Translations under genes and position numbers: made by a program
The notes under the pieces: model-generated
What the model was told of the DNA's origin: nothing
Databases searched by the model: none
Seen by the model: the letters and a program-made list of their open reading frames with translations, nothing else
Origin: an uncultured Verrucomicrobiota bacterium
GTDB lineage: Bacteria > Verrucomicrobiota > Kiritimatiellia > RFP12 > UBA3636
Direction of reading: 5' to 3'
Length of the DNA: 64,000 nucleotides
Assembly: GCA_947169825.1 (NCBI GenBank)
Contig: CAMVRE010000002.1
Location: 1,248 to 65,247 of the forward strand
In this document: in pieces, positions 1 to 8,223 of the stretch
Position numbering within the stretch: the first letter of the stretch is position 1
Layout: the number at the start of each line of letters is the position of its first letter

Positions 1-469
1 TGTTGCCCTGGATGTTCAGAGGATAGTAGTTCGTGCGCAGTTCATGCTGCTCTCTGTCCTCCGCCTCCTTGCGCGACCCCATGGTTTCCCATTGCCAGTA
101 GCAGTTCTTCCCGATGAAGTCGTTGACCGCCTTCTCCGCCTTCGTCATGTCCTTCCCCAACAAGGCGGAGAGCGTCTGCCGAAGCGTGGAGAGGTAGCCC
201 GACCGAACGGACGAATCGCTGTGGTGCTGCGACATATGCCAGCGAGCGCGCTGACGGCAGCTCTTGGCGATTCCGAAATACAGGGCGCAGTATTCCTCGC
301 CATCGATGACCTGCCGCTGGATTCTCTTTGTCTCGATTGTGCCGAGAGGCGCCAACAGACGATTGACGGACGAGGACCGGAACCACCAGGTGTATACGCC
401 GGGACGGGTCTCCACAGACGCGAATTTGTCTTTTTTCAGCGTTTCGACCGACTCGATCATTTTCTTCAT
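1..469 (-). CDS. GIY-YIG-like nuclease domain protein; C-terminus lies beyond the window edge
   Basis: Not in the ORF track because no stop lies inside the window. The reverse strand from ATG (comp. 467-469) is open to position 1: MKKMIESVETLKKDKFASVETRPGVYTWWFRSS...GEEYCALYFGIAKSCRQRARWHMSQH...LSTLRQTLSALLG...EQHELRTNYYPLNIQGN. GVY, then YFG about 30 aa later, then Arg/Glu/Asn, follow GIY-YIG order. It starts 10 nt after the stop of the 480-968 gene. Confidence 0.5.
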   Translation of the reverse strand, partial: MKKMIESVETLKKDKFASVETRPGVYTWWFRSSSVNRLLAPLGTIETKRIQRQVIDGEEYCALYFGIAKSCRQRARWHMSQHHSDSSVRSGYLSTLRQTLSALLGKDMTKAEKAVNDFIGKNCYWQWETMGSRKEAEDREQHELRTNYYPLNIQGN

Positions 470-479
470 GGCGATTGGG

Positions 480-968
480 CTAGCGGTTGTTTTTTCTAAT
501 GATTCGATTGAATTCGCTCATCTTGCGACCGATGGGCATCCCTTCGCCGACGATGCAAATGTGCTTGATGTGCTTCACAAGGTTGGCGTAGTATGCTTTT
601 CCCGTCAGGAAAACGATGCGATCCTTCTCCAGATCGACCCCCTCCTCCCGCAGTTGCTCCAGAACCTTGTCCGCCCATTCCCGACGGTAGGCCGCCGGCT
701 GTTTGGACAGAAGCATATTGTAGTTTCGCAGTTTTGTTTCCGGCTTGACGAGATGGTGCTTGGCCGAAAGGATGTAGACGGCGTCCGGCTTCATCGAGTC
801 GGCACATTCCAGAGCTTTCTTGAACAGCGGACCCGTGTACAGTTCCGCGGCCGCCAAAGGTATCTTGCTGTTTCTTTTCGTGGCCGAGCAAGGAACCAAT
901 GCAATCGTTTTCATCGAAGTTCTTTTGTGGATGTGCTTGTGCGGGTTCGAGCCCTTTGCGTTTGCCAT
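480..968 (-). CDS. DUF6884-like protein (function unknown)
   Basis: 162-aa ORF. AGGAGG lies 7 nt upstream of ATG 968. KTIALVPCSATK...AAELYTGPLFKKAL...DAVYILSAKHHLVKPETKLRNYNMLL...REWADKVLEQL...IVFLTGKAYY resembles my recollection of the DUF6884 family pattern. GC is lower than in the flanks. Confidence 0.6.
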   Translation of the reverse strand: MANAKGSNPHKHIHKRTSMKTIALVPCSATKRNSKIPLAAAELYTGPLFKKALECADSMKPDAVYILSAKHHLVKPETKLRNYNMLLSKQPAAYRREWADKVLEQLREEGVDLEKDRIVFLTGKAYYANLVKHIKHICIVGEGMPIGRKMSEFNRIIRKNNR

Positions 969-1066
969 TATGTTTCCTCCTTTGTTTTGGCGGGGGTGAT
1001 TTCGTGCCGTCGCGGCGCTCCCGCCGCAACGCCGCCAAATTTACCACCCCCGTCGTTTCGGATCAA
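969..1066 (-). promoter_or_regulatory. Portable promoter + 5' leader module, copy 1
   Basis: Minus strand reads TTGATC (comp. 1061-1066), N17, TAAATT (comp. 1038-1043). Then comes the leader GGCGGCGTTGCGGCGGGAGCGCCGCGACGGCACGAAA with a GTTGCGGCG-GGAG-CGCCGCGAC hairpin, then an SD and ATG. The same module recurs at 34320-34414, 35601-35693 and 38521-38613, and truncated at 15377-15410. Confidence 0.5.
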
Positions 1067-1128
1067 GGGAAGTTTTGCGATGCGCCCGCCGCGCATCGGC
1101 CGATTGCTCGCGGCTTCGCCGCTCGGGG

Positions 1129-1235
1129 AGGACGACGAGACGACGGGCTGGCAACGACGAGAAATCGTGCCTCGAATTCCGAAGGATCGAGGAGGCGTCT
1201 CCTGTCGTCTTGTCGTCTCGTCATCCCGTCGTCCT
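1129..1235. repeat. Repeat family A (~100-108 nt long imperfect palindrome), copy 1
   Basis: GGACGACGAGACGACGGGCTGG...GAAATCGTGCCTCGAATTCCGAAGGATCGAGGAGGCGTCTCCTGTCGTCTTGTCGTC. Outer arms are GACGACGAGACGACGGG / CCYGTCGTCTTGTCGTC; the inner stem here is CCTCGA/TCGAGG. Confidence 0.7.
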
Positions 1236-1380
1236 GGAACCAGGCGGCGCAGCCGCCCCACAAAACCTCCGCGAACTCCGCGGACTCCGCGGGAGTTTTC
1301 TCCGGCGCATGGCCCTGCAATCTCTGCGTGGCTACGGCCGGTTCTTGTTGCTTTCCACAAGAGCGGCAACCTTGTTGGAC

Positions 1381-2049
1381 CTATCCCCGCTCGCCGAACA
1401 GCTCCTCCGCAAATTCCGCGTCCATCCATGCGACTAGATCGCCTTTTTCGTCTATTGCGGAGAAGTCTCCACCGGAGTAGTTGCGGAAGAACGCGAACAC
1501 TTCCAGCAGCGTTTTCTTCGCTCGGGCAAAGATGCCCGGGGAGCCGGATTCGCGGGGGCCGGCGACGTTCAGCACGATTCCATCGGCCTGCCCGGGCCGC
1601 ACGGAGTCCTCCAGGGAAAGCATCCAGTTGCGGATCTGGGTGGCGGCGTCGGCGGCGGACAGGAGGACGACCTTGCAGGGGCGTCCGTTCTTCGCGGCAT
1701 GGTCGGCGGTGTAGGCGGTCCCGCCGACGAGCGGAAGCGCGTCGACAAGGATCAGCGTCGCGTCGGAATCGAGCACGTTTCTCCTCGTCCGCTCGCGGAA
1801 TCCGCCCGAAGGGCACTCCTTCAAGGTGTAGAACCCCTCCGGCACCACGCCGTCCTCGGCGAGACGCCCGCAGGGCATCCAGCCCCCGGTCGCGAGGCTG
1901 AACGACATCGCGGCGACGAGACCCGCACGGTCGACGCCGGTCTGTCCGCCGCTCACGATCTTCCACGGCCGGAGGTTCATGCTTTTCGACAATGGCGCTA
2001 GCGGTGTCTTCGCGTCGGTCGATTGTTCTTGATTCTCATTGTTGGACAT
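1381..2049 (-). CDS. SLOG-superfamily protein, YpsA / 'putative molybdenum carrier' type, with ~70-aa C-terminal extension
   Basis: 222-aa ORF. AAGGAG lies 8 nt upstream of ATG 2049. KIVSGGQTGVDRAGLVAA...GGWMPCGRLAEDGVVPEGFYTLKE...RTRRNVLDSDATLILV...GGTAYT matches the SGGQTGVDR...GR.AEDG...RT..NV.DSD.TL signature I know for this family. Confidence 0.7.
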   Translation of the reverse strand: MSNNENQEQSTDAKTPLAPLSKSMNLRPWKIVSGGQTGVDRAGLVAAMSFSLATGGWMPCGRLAEDGVVPEGFYTLKECPSGGFRERTRRNVLDSDATLILVDALPLVGGTAYTADHAAKNGRPCKVVLLSAADAATQIRNWMLSLEDSVRPGQADGIVLNVAGPRESGSPGIFARAKKTLLEVFAFFRNYSGGDFSAIDEKGDLVAWMDAEFAEELFGERG

Positions 2050-2716
2050 GGTTTCTTCTCCTTTCGGTTTTGCGGCCGCGCGGCGGCGGGCAGATGGTCG
2101 GAAAGAAGCACCGGTATTTCTCCAGCACTTCGATCCGATGTTCTGCGAGATACTCCGCGAGGCGGTTCGGATCCGGGCCGCGCTCCTTGTTCCAGGCGAT
2201 GATGGCGCTTTCCAGGTTGGAGCGGGAACAGCGCGGCGCGGCGCCTTCCGGACCGGCTTCCAGATACGCGAGGAGGCCGTCGCGCAGTCGTTCGTATCCG
2301 TCCCACCGGCATTCCGTTCCCGTCCGGTCGATGCCGAAGAATCCGGCGTATCCGTCCATTTGCCGCAACAGCGCCGGCTCGCCGGTCGCGAGCAGGGCGA
2401 CCAGGGAGATTTCGAACGAGAAACTGCGCCGTTCCAGATCGTCGGCCCGGCCCCAGGACTTCACCCGTCGGCTGGCGCACCAGTCGTCCTCGTCGAGCGA
2501 TTCGATCTCGACCGCGTCGTGGAGGAAGACGGCGACCTCTTCGCATTCGACCGTGTCGAAGCGGATTCCGGTCATGTAGAGCTCCCGAAGGACCGCGCCC
2601 GGTCCCGGGCCGTGCTCTTCAAACTCCTCCGCGAACCCCACCATCGTACCGAGGATCGAGCACCAGCGGTATGATTTGTCGTCCGGATAGAGATAGAGCG
2701 TGAACACGTGCGACAT
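2036..2716 (-). CDS. Hypothetical protein; its stop overlaps the SLOG gene start by 14 nt
   Basis: The ORF in the track is 2036-2761. I prefer the internal ATG at 2716 (MSHVFTLYLYPDD...) because the first 15 codons lie in repeat family F; the start remains uncertain. No motif recognised. Confidence 0.55.
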   Translation of the reverse strand: MSHVFTLYLYPDDKSYRWCSILGTMVGFAEEFEEHGPGPGAVLRELYMTGIRFDTVECEEVAVFLHDAVEIESLDEDDWCASRRVKSWGRADDLERRSFSFEISLVALLATGEPALLRQMDGYAGFFGIDRTGTECRWDGYERLRDGLLAYLEAGPEGAAPRCSRSNLESAIIAWNKERGPDPNRLAEYLAEHRIEVLEKYRCFFPTICPPPRGRKTERRRNHVQQ

Positions 2717-2747
2717 CGGGCTGAACTCTGTGTTGGACTCCGCGCGA

Positions 2748-3053
2748 TCATTTCGGCGCATGGCTCTGCGATCTCTGCGTTCTCTGCGTGTGAAAAGGAC
2801 TCCGCGCCGGCACGGCCGGGTCGAAGGTCGCGCGCTCGAGCGCGAAGAGCCCCCGCGCCGGCGCCGACGCGAGCAGCCCCGGGATCTCCTCCGGCGGGAA
2901 CGCTTCGCCCGCGTCCGCGCGCTCGACGACGCGGACGCCCCAGCGCTCCTCCGGCGTCATCGCCGCAATCGCGCGCCGCGCCGCGCGCATCTGCCGCGCC
3001 GCCTCCTCGATCCCGCCCATCGCCTCGATGGCGTTTATGAAACTCTGCATCAT
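2748..3053 (-). CDS. Small hypothetical protein (101 aa); last ~15 codons and the stop lie in repeat family F
   Basis: ORF in the track: MMQSFINAIEAMGGIEEAARQMRAARRAIAAMTPEERWG... A promoter-like TTGATC-N17-TATATT lies just upstream. Coding status is uncertain. Confidence 0.4.
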   Translation of the reverse strand: MMQSFINAIEAMGGIEEAARQMRAARRAIAAMTPEERWGVRVVERADAGEAFPPEEIPGLLASAPARGLFALERATFDPAVPARSPFHTQRTQRSQSHAPK

Positions 3054-3097
3054 CTTCGTGTTGTCTCCGGCGCAAACCGCGCGCCCACACGAGATAG

Positions 3098-3126
3098 AAT
3101 ATACCCCGGGTGTCGTTTGAGATCAA
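3098..3126 (-). promoter_or_regulatory. Sigma70-like promoter TTGATC-N17-TATATT for the 3053->1381 operon
   Basis: Minus strand: TTGATC (comp. 3121-3126), a 17-nt spacer, TATATT (comp. 3098-3103), about 45 nt upstream of ATG 3053. Confidence 0.4.
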
Positions 3127-3188
3127 TGGAGATTTTGGAAAAATTATACTTGCGAGGCCGGGCTTCGGGGGAAATCTCCCCCCGGTCG

Positions 3189-3345
3189 CGGCCGGTCGAC
3201 AAAAGGACAACAGGACACCAGGACGAAAGGTCGCGCCCCCGCCCGCCGAAGGTTCCGGGAGCGCGTTCGATCAAGTCGCCCCTCTCGCCAAAGGCATCAA
3301 GGGCGCGACCTGTTGTCCTTTCGTCCTGTTGTCGAGCGGCCGGCC
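3189..3345. repeat. Repeat family D, inverted pair (~50-nt arms, ~60-nt spacer)
   Basis: Arm 3189-3238 is GGCCGGTCGACAAAAGGACAACAGGACACCAGGACGAAAGGTCGCGCCC. Its approximate reverse complement lies at 3301-3345, and a third copy at 36469-36518. Each arm contains AGGACNNN repeated four times. Confidence 0.6.
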
Positions 3346-4911
3346 TTCGGGGGAAGATTCCCCGCACGGTGTGGGAATGAGATGAGATCGGTTACATGTT
3401 GATTGATAAAATCTCCATGCGTAATCATCTTTTTTGTTAAGGGAATGAGCACGGAACGATTGGATGAATTCCTTGACATAAACTGGGTTGATTTCCTTTT
3501 CGAGTTCCTTCTGGTTCTTCTCAATAAAACCCGCAATTTGACCATATGACAGCAAATGATACTTCCGGGACATGCTATCTTTTTGACTCTTCTTCTTGTC
3601 CTTTTCTTTGATTTCATTTTCCAAATCCTGGATTCGATAGTCTGGAGCCACTACGAAGCAAAGCGGCTTTTTCCGTCTTGGGTGTTCCGATGTTCCAATT
3701 CCCTGCCCCCACTTGTAGTAGGTATTCAGTTGGGAAATCTTCTTTCCCTCATCCACGCCATTTAACCCGCTGTCAATTTTGTTTTCGATGATTATGCGCT
3801 GAATCAAGGTCGTTTCGCCATCATCCGCATAAATGTCGGCGCATACATCCATTCGTCCTTTTGTCGCGTCATCGTCTTCAGACTTGTCTTCGTCCTCTTC
3901 GTTCTTCTCCCAGGAAGGACACTCCTTGTAAACCTTGATTTTCGTCCATTGATTTATATTGAAAACTCGATCACTATTAGGAAGCGATTTCTCGTCACGC
4001 ATGTAAGTGCAAAACTGCTTGAGCATGCTTCCATTCGCAACCCGAAGAACGGAATAGAGCATATTTGTGAATGCCTGCTCGTAGTCTTGAAGAGAAATCA
4101 CCTCCAAAAACAACGAGTTCTTTCCGGGCATCCCCTTGAACTTTTCCTCGTTAAAATACTGTTCATTGACTTGGTTTGGAATAAACTTTTCCAAATTCCC
4201 ATTCTTTATTGATCTTTCAATCTGTTGTTTGAGATTCTTGTATGCTGGATTGTCAACTACATTTGACCTTTTCCCTCTCTGTTTGTTCCAAATGTATCCT
4301 TTGTTTCGCCATTGATAGTTCATCTTGACATGAATTGGACATTTGGCTTCAAAGATTTCGTCTGCCCGGTATGTTACAGCTATATCCCAACGGTTGTCAA
4401 AACATTGATCAAGTGGTTTTCCGTTGTATTGAATATTTAATCTCTTTATCAATTCTCCAGTCAATGCTCCGTTGTCGCGCATCTGTTTGTTGCGCGTTGT
4501 CAGTCGGTGGAGTTTCTCTTTGAGCTTGACGACATACAAGATGTCAAAGGCATACATCTTATCCTCGTTCGCGTTCTTTTTGGTCATCTTTGAGTGACTG
4601 GTAAGAACCAAATACTTGGCAACACACTTTTCTTTTTCGATCCGCTCCAAAGGCCTCTCTGCAGCGCGAATGAGAGGGGGATTTTGGTTTGATTTTGCAG
4701 GACGCTGAAGATCATCCATTTCGCCGACCCAAATGTTATCGGGACAAGTTCCGGCATGTAGACCATAGATGTAGTGCTCGCCGTTGTCATCTCGTAGAAA
4801 ATCAATGATCTCGTGGGCGATATGGCCCTCAGCATCCAGCCATCCACCCAGAAATGGCTTGTTCAAAATAATCACTTCGTTGGAGTAGTCTTTATCACCT
4901 TGCGGTTTCAT
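3271..4911 (-). CDS. PD-(D/E)xK nuclease family protein with unknown ~300-aa N-terminal region (AT-rich island 1)
   Basis: Track ORF 3271-4956, trimmed to the ATG at 4911 where GC drops. The C-terminal half has GRMDVCADIYADD...LIQRIIIENKIDSGL...QLNTYYKW, i.e. a D...(I/V)ENK...QL..Y pattern typical of PD-(D/E)xK (PDDEXK) families. The last ~40 codons (below ~3385) run into GC-rich repeats D and E, so the native 3' end is probably lost. Confidence 0.6.
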   Translation of the reverse strand: MKPQGDKDYSNEVIILNKPFLGGWLDAEGHIAHEIIDFLRDDNGEHYIYGLHAGTCPDNIWVGEMDDLQRPAKSNQNPPLIRAAERPLERIEKEKCVAKYLVLTSHSKMTKKNANEDKMYAFDILYVVKLKEKLHRLTTRNKQMRDNGALTGELIKRLNIQYNGKPLDQCFDNRWDIAVTYRADEIFEAKCPIHVKMNYQWRNKGYIWNKQRGKRSNVVDNPAYKNLKQQIERSIKNGNLEKFIPNQVNEQYFNEEKFKGMPGKNSLFLEVISLQDYEQAFTNMLYSVLRVANGSMLKQFCTYMRDEKSLPNSDRVFNINQWTKIKVYKECPSWEKNEEDEDKSEDDDATKGRMDVCADIYADDGETTLIQRIIIENKIDSGLNGVDEGKKISQLNTYYKWGQGIGTSEHPRRKKPLCFVVAPDYRIQDLENEIKEKDKKKSQKDSMSRKYHLLSYGQIAGFIEKNQKELEKEINPVYVKEFIQSFRAHSLNKKDDYAWRFYQSTCNRSHLIPTPCGESSPEGRPLDNRTKGQQVAPLMPLARGAT

Positions 4912-5190
4912 TTCACGAGATCTCCCAGAGGTTCGTTCCAGTTGGCGAAGCGGCATCGCTCCGGGGGAAGAATTCTACCACAGCCCGTTGTTTCAGTTCA
5001 AGGCGAAAATGGATATAATTTGCGAAAAAGCCGGAACAGACGGACCCCGGCCCTTCGACGCAATTGACGCAGTCGACCAAGTCGGGCTTCCCCCCTCTCG
5101 CCTTCGGGGGGGGAGCGCCCGATTTCGTCGATTTCGTCGCGGCGTCGATTGCGTCGATGTTCGGCCGGACTTCGGGGGAGTCTTCCCCCC

Positions 5191-5270
5191 GGTCGACGAC
5201 ATCGACGATGCCGACGACGTCGACGAACCGCGCACGGAAGGCCGAAGGCGCGAGGTGCGACCGGAATCGG
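5191..5270. repeat. Repeat family C
   Basis: GGTCGACGACATCGACGA(YGCCGACGACRTCGACGA)ACCGCGCACGGAAGGCCGAAGG...GCGACCGGAATC. Other copies lie at 14226-14305 and 37525-37612, with a partial copy at 32745-32815. It is usually preceded by family E (CTTCGGGGG-N5-8-CCCCCGGTCG). Confidence 0.55.
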
Positions 5271-5308
5271 GTCGGCCCGGCCGCGCACGCAGTCCGCGCC
5301 GCTCGAGG

Positions 5309-5408
5309 AGGACGACGAGACGACGGGCTGACGGGACGACGAGAAATCGCGCCACCCTTTCCGAAGGTTCGGGGAGGCGGCTCCCGTCGTCTTGTCGTCC
5401 CGTCGTCG
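5309..5408. repeat. Repeat family A, copy 2
   Basis: GGACGACGAGACGACGGGCTGACGGGACGACGAGAAATCGCGCCACCCTTTCCGAAGGTTCGGGGAGGCGGCTCCCGTCGTCTTGTCGTCCCGTCGTC. Confidence 0.7.
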
Positions 5409-5526
5409 TGTCGGGAAACGGGTCTCGCGCTAGCATCAAATGCGAAATGTCCGGCCTGAGTGCAAGAAGGGTTTTTAGGATTCGGGTGCTAGGCGTCGTT
5501 TCGGGTTACGTGATTCACGAAACCTG

Positions 5527-5548
5527 ACAACAACGCGCAAGCGCGCTG
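5527..5548 (-). terminator. Possible intrinsic terminator after the 839-aa gene
   Basis: The minus strand reads CAGCGCGCTTGCGCGTTGTTGT about 20 nt after the stop at 5568. This is a GCGCGC/GCGCG stem followed by a T-rich run. Confidence 0.35.
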
Positions 5549-5567
5549 AATACCGACGGCAAGGTTG

Positions 5568-8087
5568 CTATTTCAAGAAACCGAGCGTATGCACCATAGG
5601 TCGCATTTTCGCTTCCAATGATTTGAAAAGCTTAACGAACTCGTCATAGTCTGATCTCGCGTATTCTTTGGCCAGCGCCTTTATCTGGTACCATCCGCAA
5701 TCCCAATTCAAAATTTGGTATTCCGGATGTTCTTGGTCAAACAACTCCCTATATTTGAACGTGCCTCTAACAATATCTTTAGCCTTTTCCAAAACCGCCT
5801 GTGCTTCTGCCGAAAGTGTTACGCCTTGTAACTTTGTATAAACGTATCGATCGTTTGAGGTTCTAGCATCGGCGTATGAAAGATTGAAGCCATAGTTGTT
5901 TGCCAACTGTGTCATTTCATCCTTTGACATCCAGAAAAACTCGTTTTTAATGTTCCAAGATTTTCCCTTATAGTTGACGTTTCTTAACGACGATTGATTA
6001 CTTGACGAATGAAACAATGAGAAAACGATTGAATCGTTCACGAACTCGTTGTATTTCGGGTGATCCTCGTTTGGTGCAAGGTATTCGTCCTTTGAGTTAA
6101 TCCAGTTCTTTTTGATTAGTTTGCGTGCGGAAAACAATGCGGTAATCCGCTCATAGTTTTCCTTCATAATCGAAAGTCCGTTGGCATTAGTGGAATCACA
6201 ACTTGTGAAAATGCTGACTTTTAATGTATTTTGATCAACATTATTACCCATATTGGAATAACAACCGAGCGCCATATTGTTGATTTTTGTTTTGCAATTT
6301 TTCCCCAGCTTCACAGACAAGGCACTTGACAAGGTTGGTTTGTCCTCTATGCTGATACCTTTGATTGGCTCCTTTATCCAGTTCTTTGCAGATTTTTCAC
6401 CATCAATGTTATAAACAATCTTTTGATCCATTATTGTCACTTCTCCCGCATTTTCATCAACGCAGTCGTATACAAAATTGTTTTTATCCAGAGTATTTCC
6501 ACATTTCCAGACTGAAAAAGAAATTCCCCAATCCTTTGAAACGTCGGCAAAATGACTAGCACGGAACTGACACGCCTTTTCAAATGCAAATTCTTGCAAA
6601 AAAAACTTTCGAAATACTGCCCAACTTGGTCCCGTTAAGAATAGAGTTGGAGAAAACAACCCTATATGGCAATTTGTTAAATGGTAACCTTGTTTGATTC
6701 TCATTATGCGATACAAAAATTGTGCATACAAATTCTTGCTGGCATTGCCCATTTTGTTCTTAACCATTTCTGCATAAATAGCGCTATCACAAGCTCCAGC
6801 GCCTTTGGTATTTTTTGCTCCTTTTCCATAGTCGCTACTTGCAGTTCCGTATGGCGGATTTATAAAGAACACAATTGGTTTGTCTTGTCGCAAAGCATTG
6901 AGTAATCCTTCAGGGGGTTCTTTTTGCATCGGAACAAAATCATCGGGCATAGGAATGGGGTCGTTCAAGAAATCGAACTGAAACTTTGTCGCTTCTTGGT
7001 TATAATCGGCACCTATGTTCAATTCACTTTGGAACAAGGTTGAGCAATACAGTTCTCGAAATTTGTAATCTCTTGTTAGATTCCCAGTCCCCCAACAGTT
7101 ATCCCAGACTACGCATGTTTCCTTCCAATCCAAACCAATGACATCCTCAATCATCTTATGGGCGTAATCCGCAAACAAAGTAGGTGTCCAGAAATCGCCT
7201 TTTATACGTCTTTCGGCATCTTCGATTAGTCGATCCGCAATTCCTTTAAACCTCATTGTTTCCTGTGGAGTGTAGTTTCTGTCAAAATAGCTGAAAAACG
7301 CTTTGAACGCATTTCCATCCATATTCACGTTTTTACCATTGCATACAAGGAAGTTTGGATAGCTTGGATGCGGATAGTAATTCATTTTATCACTAATGAC
7401 ACCCATAAAGATTTCAACCAAATCATGTGCGCTCAATTTAGTCTTGCCTTTCAACACGTTTCTACAGAAATAGTCAAAAATCCTGGAAAGGTTGTGTTCG
7501 GTGACCCGCACTTGTCTTTGCACGTTGTCTGCCAAATCCTTGATTTTCTCAGCGACGATTTTGAAACTGAAGTTTTCGTTGACACTGAAAACATATGGAT
7601 TGATGTTTGAATCTTGCGAAATTTTTAACACAAATTCTGGGTTAGTTGCGGCGGCGTTGGAAGGGGAAACACCCCAGTCAACGTCTTCGTCCAAGTACTT
7701 TTGCAGCGCGTTGGTTTGTAAAACAAAGCACTCATCCTTGTCCCCCACTAGGCATACATTCGGGAGTACAAGTCCGTTTTCCTCAAAACGCTTCAGATAG
7801 TATATCACTTGTATCAAGACTTTTGCCCTTGAGGCTGTGTTGTTGAGCATTTCGTTAAATTTGTACTCAATAATCAACTTGAGAGTGTTTCCTTTTTCGC
7901 TCTTCGTATCAACAAACCCGTCGCAGTTAAACGGATATTCGATACCCTTTGGGGGGTGGAAATACATATTGATGCCCTTGTTGTAAACATCCTCAACTTG
8001 GCGCTCAATGTCGGCACTCTTGATTTCGTCGTAAAACTTACTCACTGCTACCTCCGATGTGTTTCTAAAGTTTTCTTCTCGCCCCAT
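5568..8087 (-). CDS. Large N6-adenine DNA methyltransferase with N-terminal PD-ExK-like motif; putative type IIG/IIL-style restriction-modification enzyme (AT-rich island 2)
   Basis: 839-aa ORF. SAM motif I-like VVWDNCWGTGNLT and catalytic motif IV FFINPPYGTASS. The N-terminus has CDGFVDTKSEKGNTLKLIIEYKF (D-x13-E-x-K). The long C-terminal region could be a target-recognition domain. Strongly AT-rich relative to the flanks. Confidence 0.7.
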   Translation of the reverse strand: MGREENFRNTSEVAVSKFYDEIKSADIERQVEDVYNKGINMYFHPPKGIEYPFNCDGFVDTKSEKGNTLKLIIEYKFNEMLNNTASRAKVLIQVIYYLKRFEENGLVLPNVCLVGDKDECFVLQTNALQKYLDEDVDWGVSPSNAAATNPEFVLKISQDSNINPYVFSVNENFSFKIVAEKIKDLADNVQRQVRVTEHNLSRIFDYFCRNVLKGKTKLSAHDLVEIFMGVISDKMNYYPHPSYPNFLVCNGKNVNMDGNAFKAFFSYFDRNYTPQETMRFKGIADRLIEDAERRIKGDFWTPTLFADYAHKMIEDVIGLDWKETCVVWDNCWGTGNLTRDYKFRELYCSTLFQSELNIGADYNQEATKFQFDFLNDPIPMPDDFVPMQKEPPEGLLNALRQDKPIVFFINPPYGTASSDYGKGAKNTKGAGACDSAIYAEMVKNKMGNASKNLYAQFLYRIMRIKQGYHLTNCHIGLFSPTLFLTGPSWAVFRKFFLQEFAFEKACQFRASHFADVSKDWGISFSVWKCGNTLDKNNFVYDCVDENAGEVTIMDQKIVYNIDGEKSAKNWIKEPIKGISIEDKPTLSSALSVKLGKNCKTKINNMALGCYSNMGNNVDQNTLKVSIFTSCDSTNANGLSIMKENYERITALFSARKLIKKNWINSKDEYLAPNEDHPKYNEFVNDSIVFSLFHSSSNQSSLRNVNYKGKSWNIKNEFFWMSKDEMTQLANNYGFNLSYADARTSNDRYVYTKLQGVTLSAEAQAVLEKAKDIVRGTFKYRELFDQEHPEYQILNWDCGWYQIKALAKEYARSDYDEFVKLFKSLEAKMRPMVHTLGFLK

Positions 8088-8223
8088 TCGAGACGGAAAG
8101 AAAGATGTTATGTCGATTGTTTGAAAAACCGTTGGTTCTTCGTGGTTGAAACGTCATTGCCGCCGTACTCGTCCGGCAACGATGGAAACGACTTGTTGAA
8201 AAAATTGTTGACTTCTACTCGAA

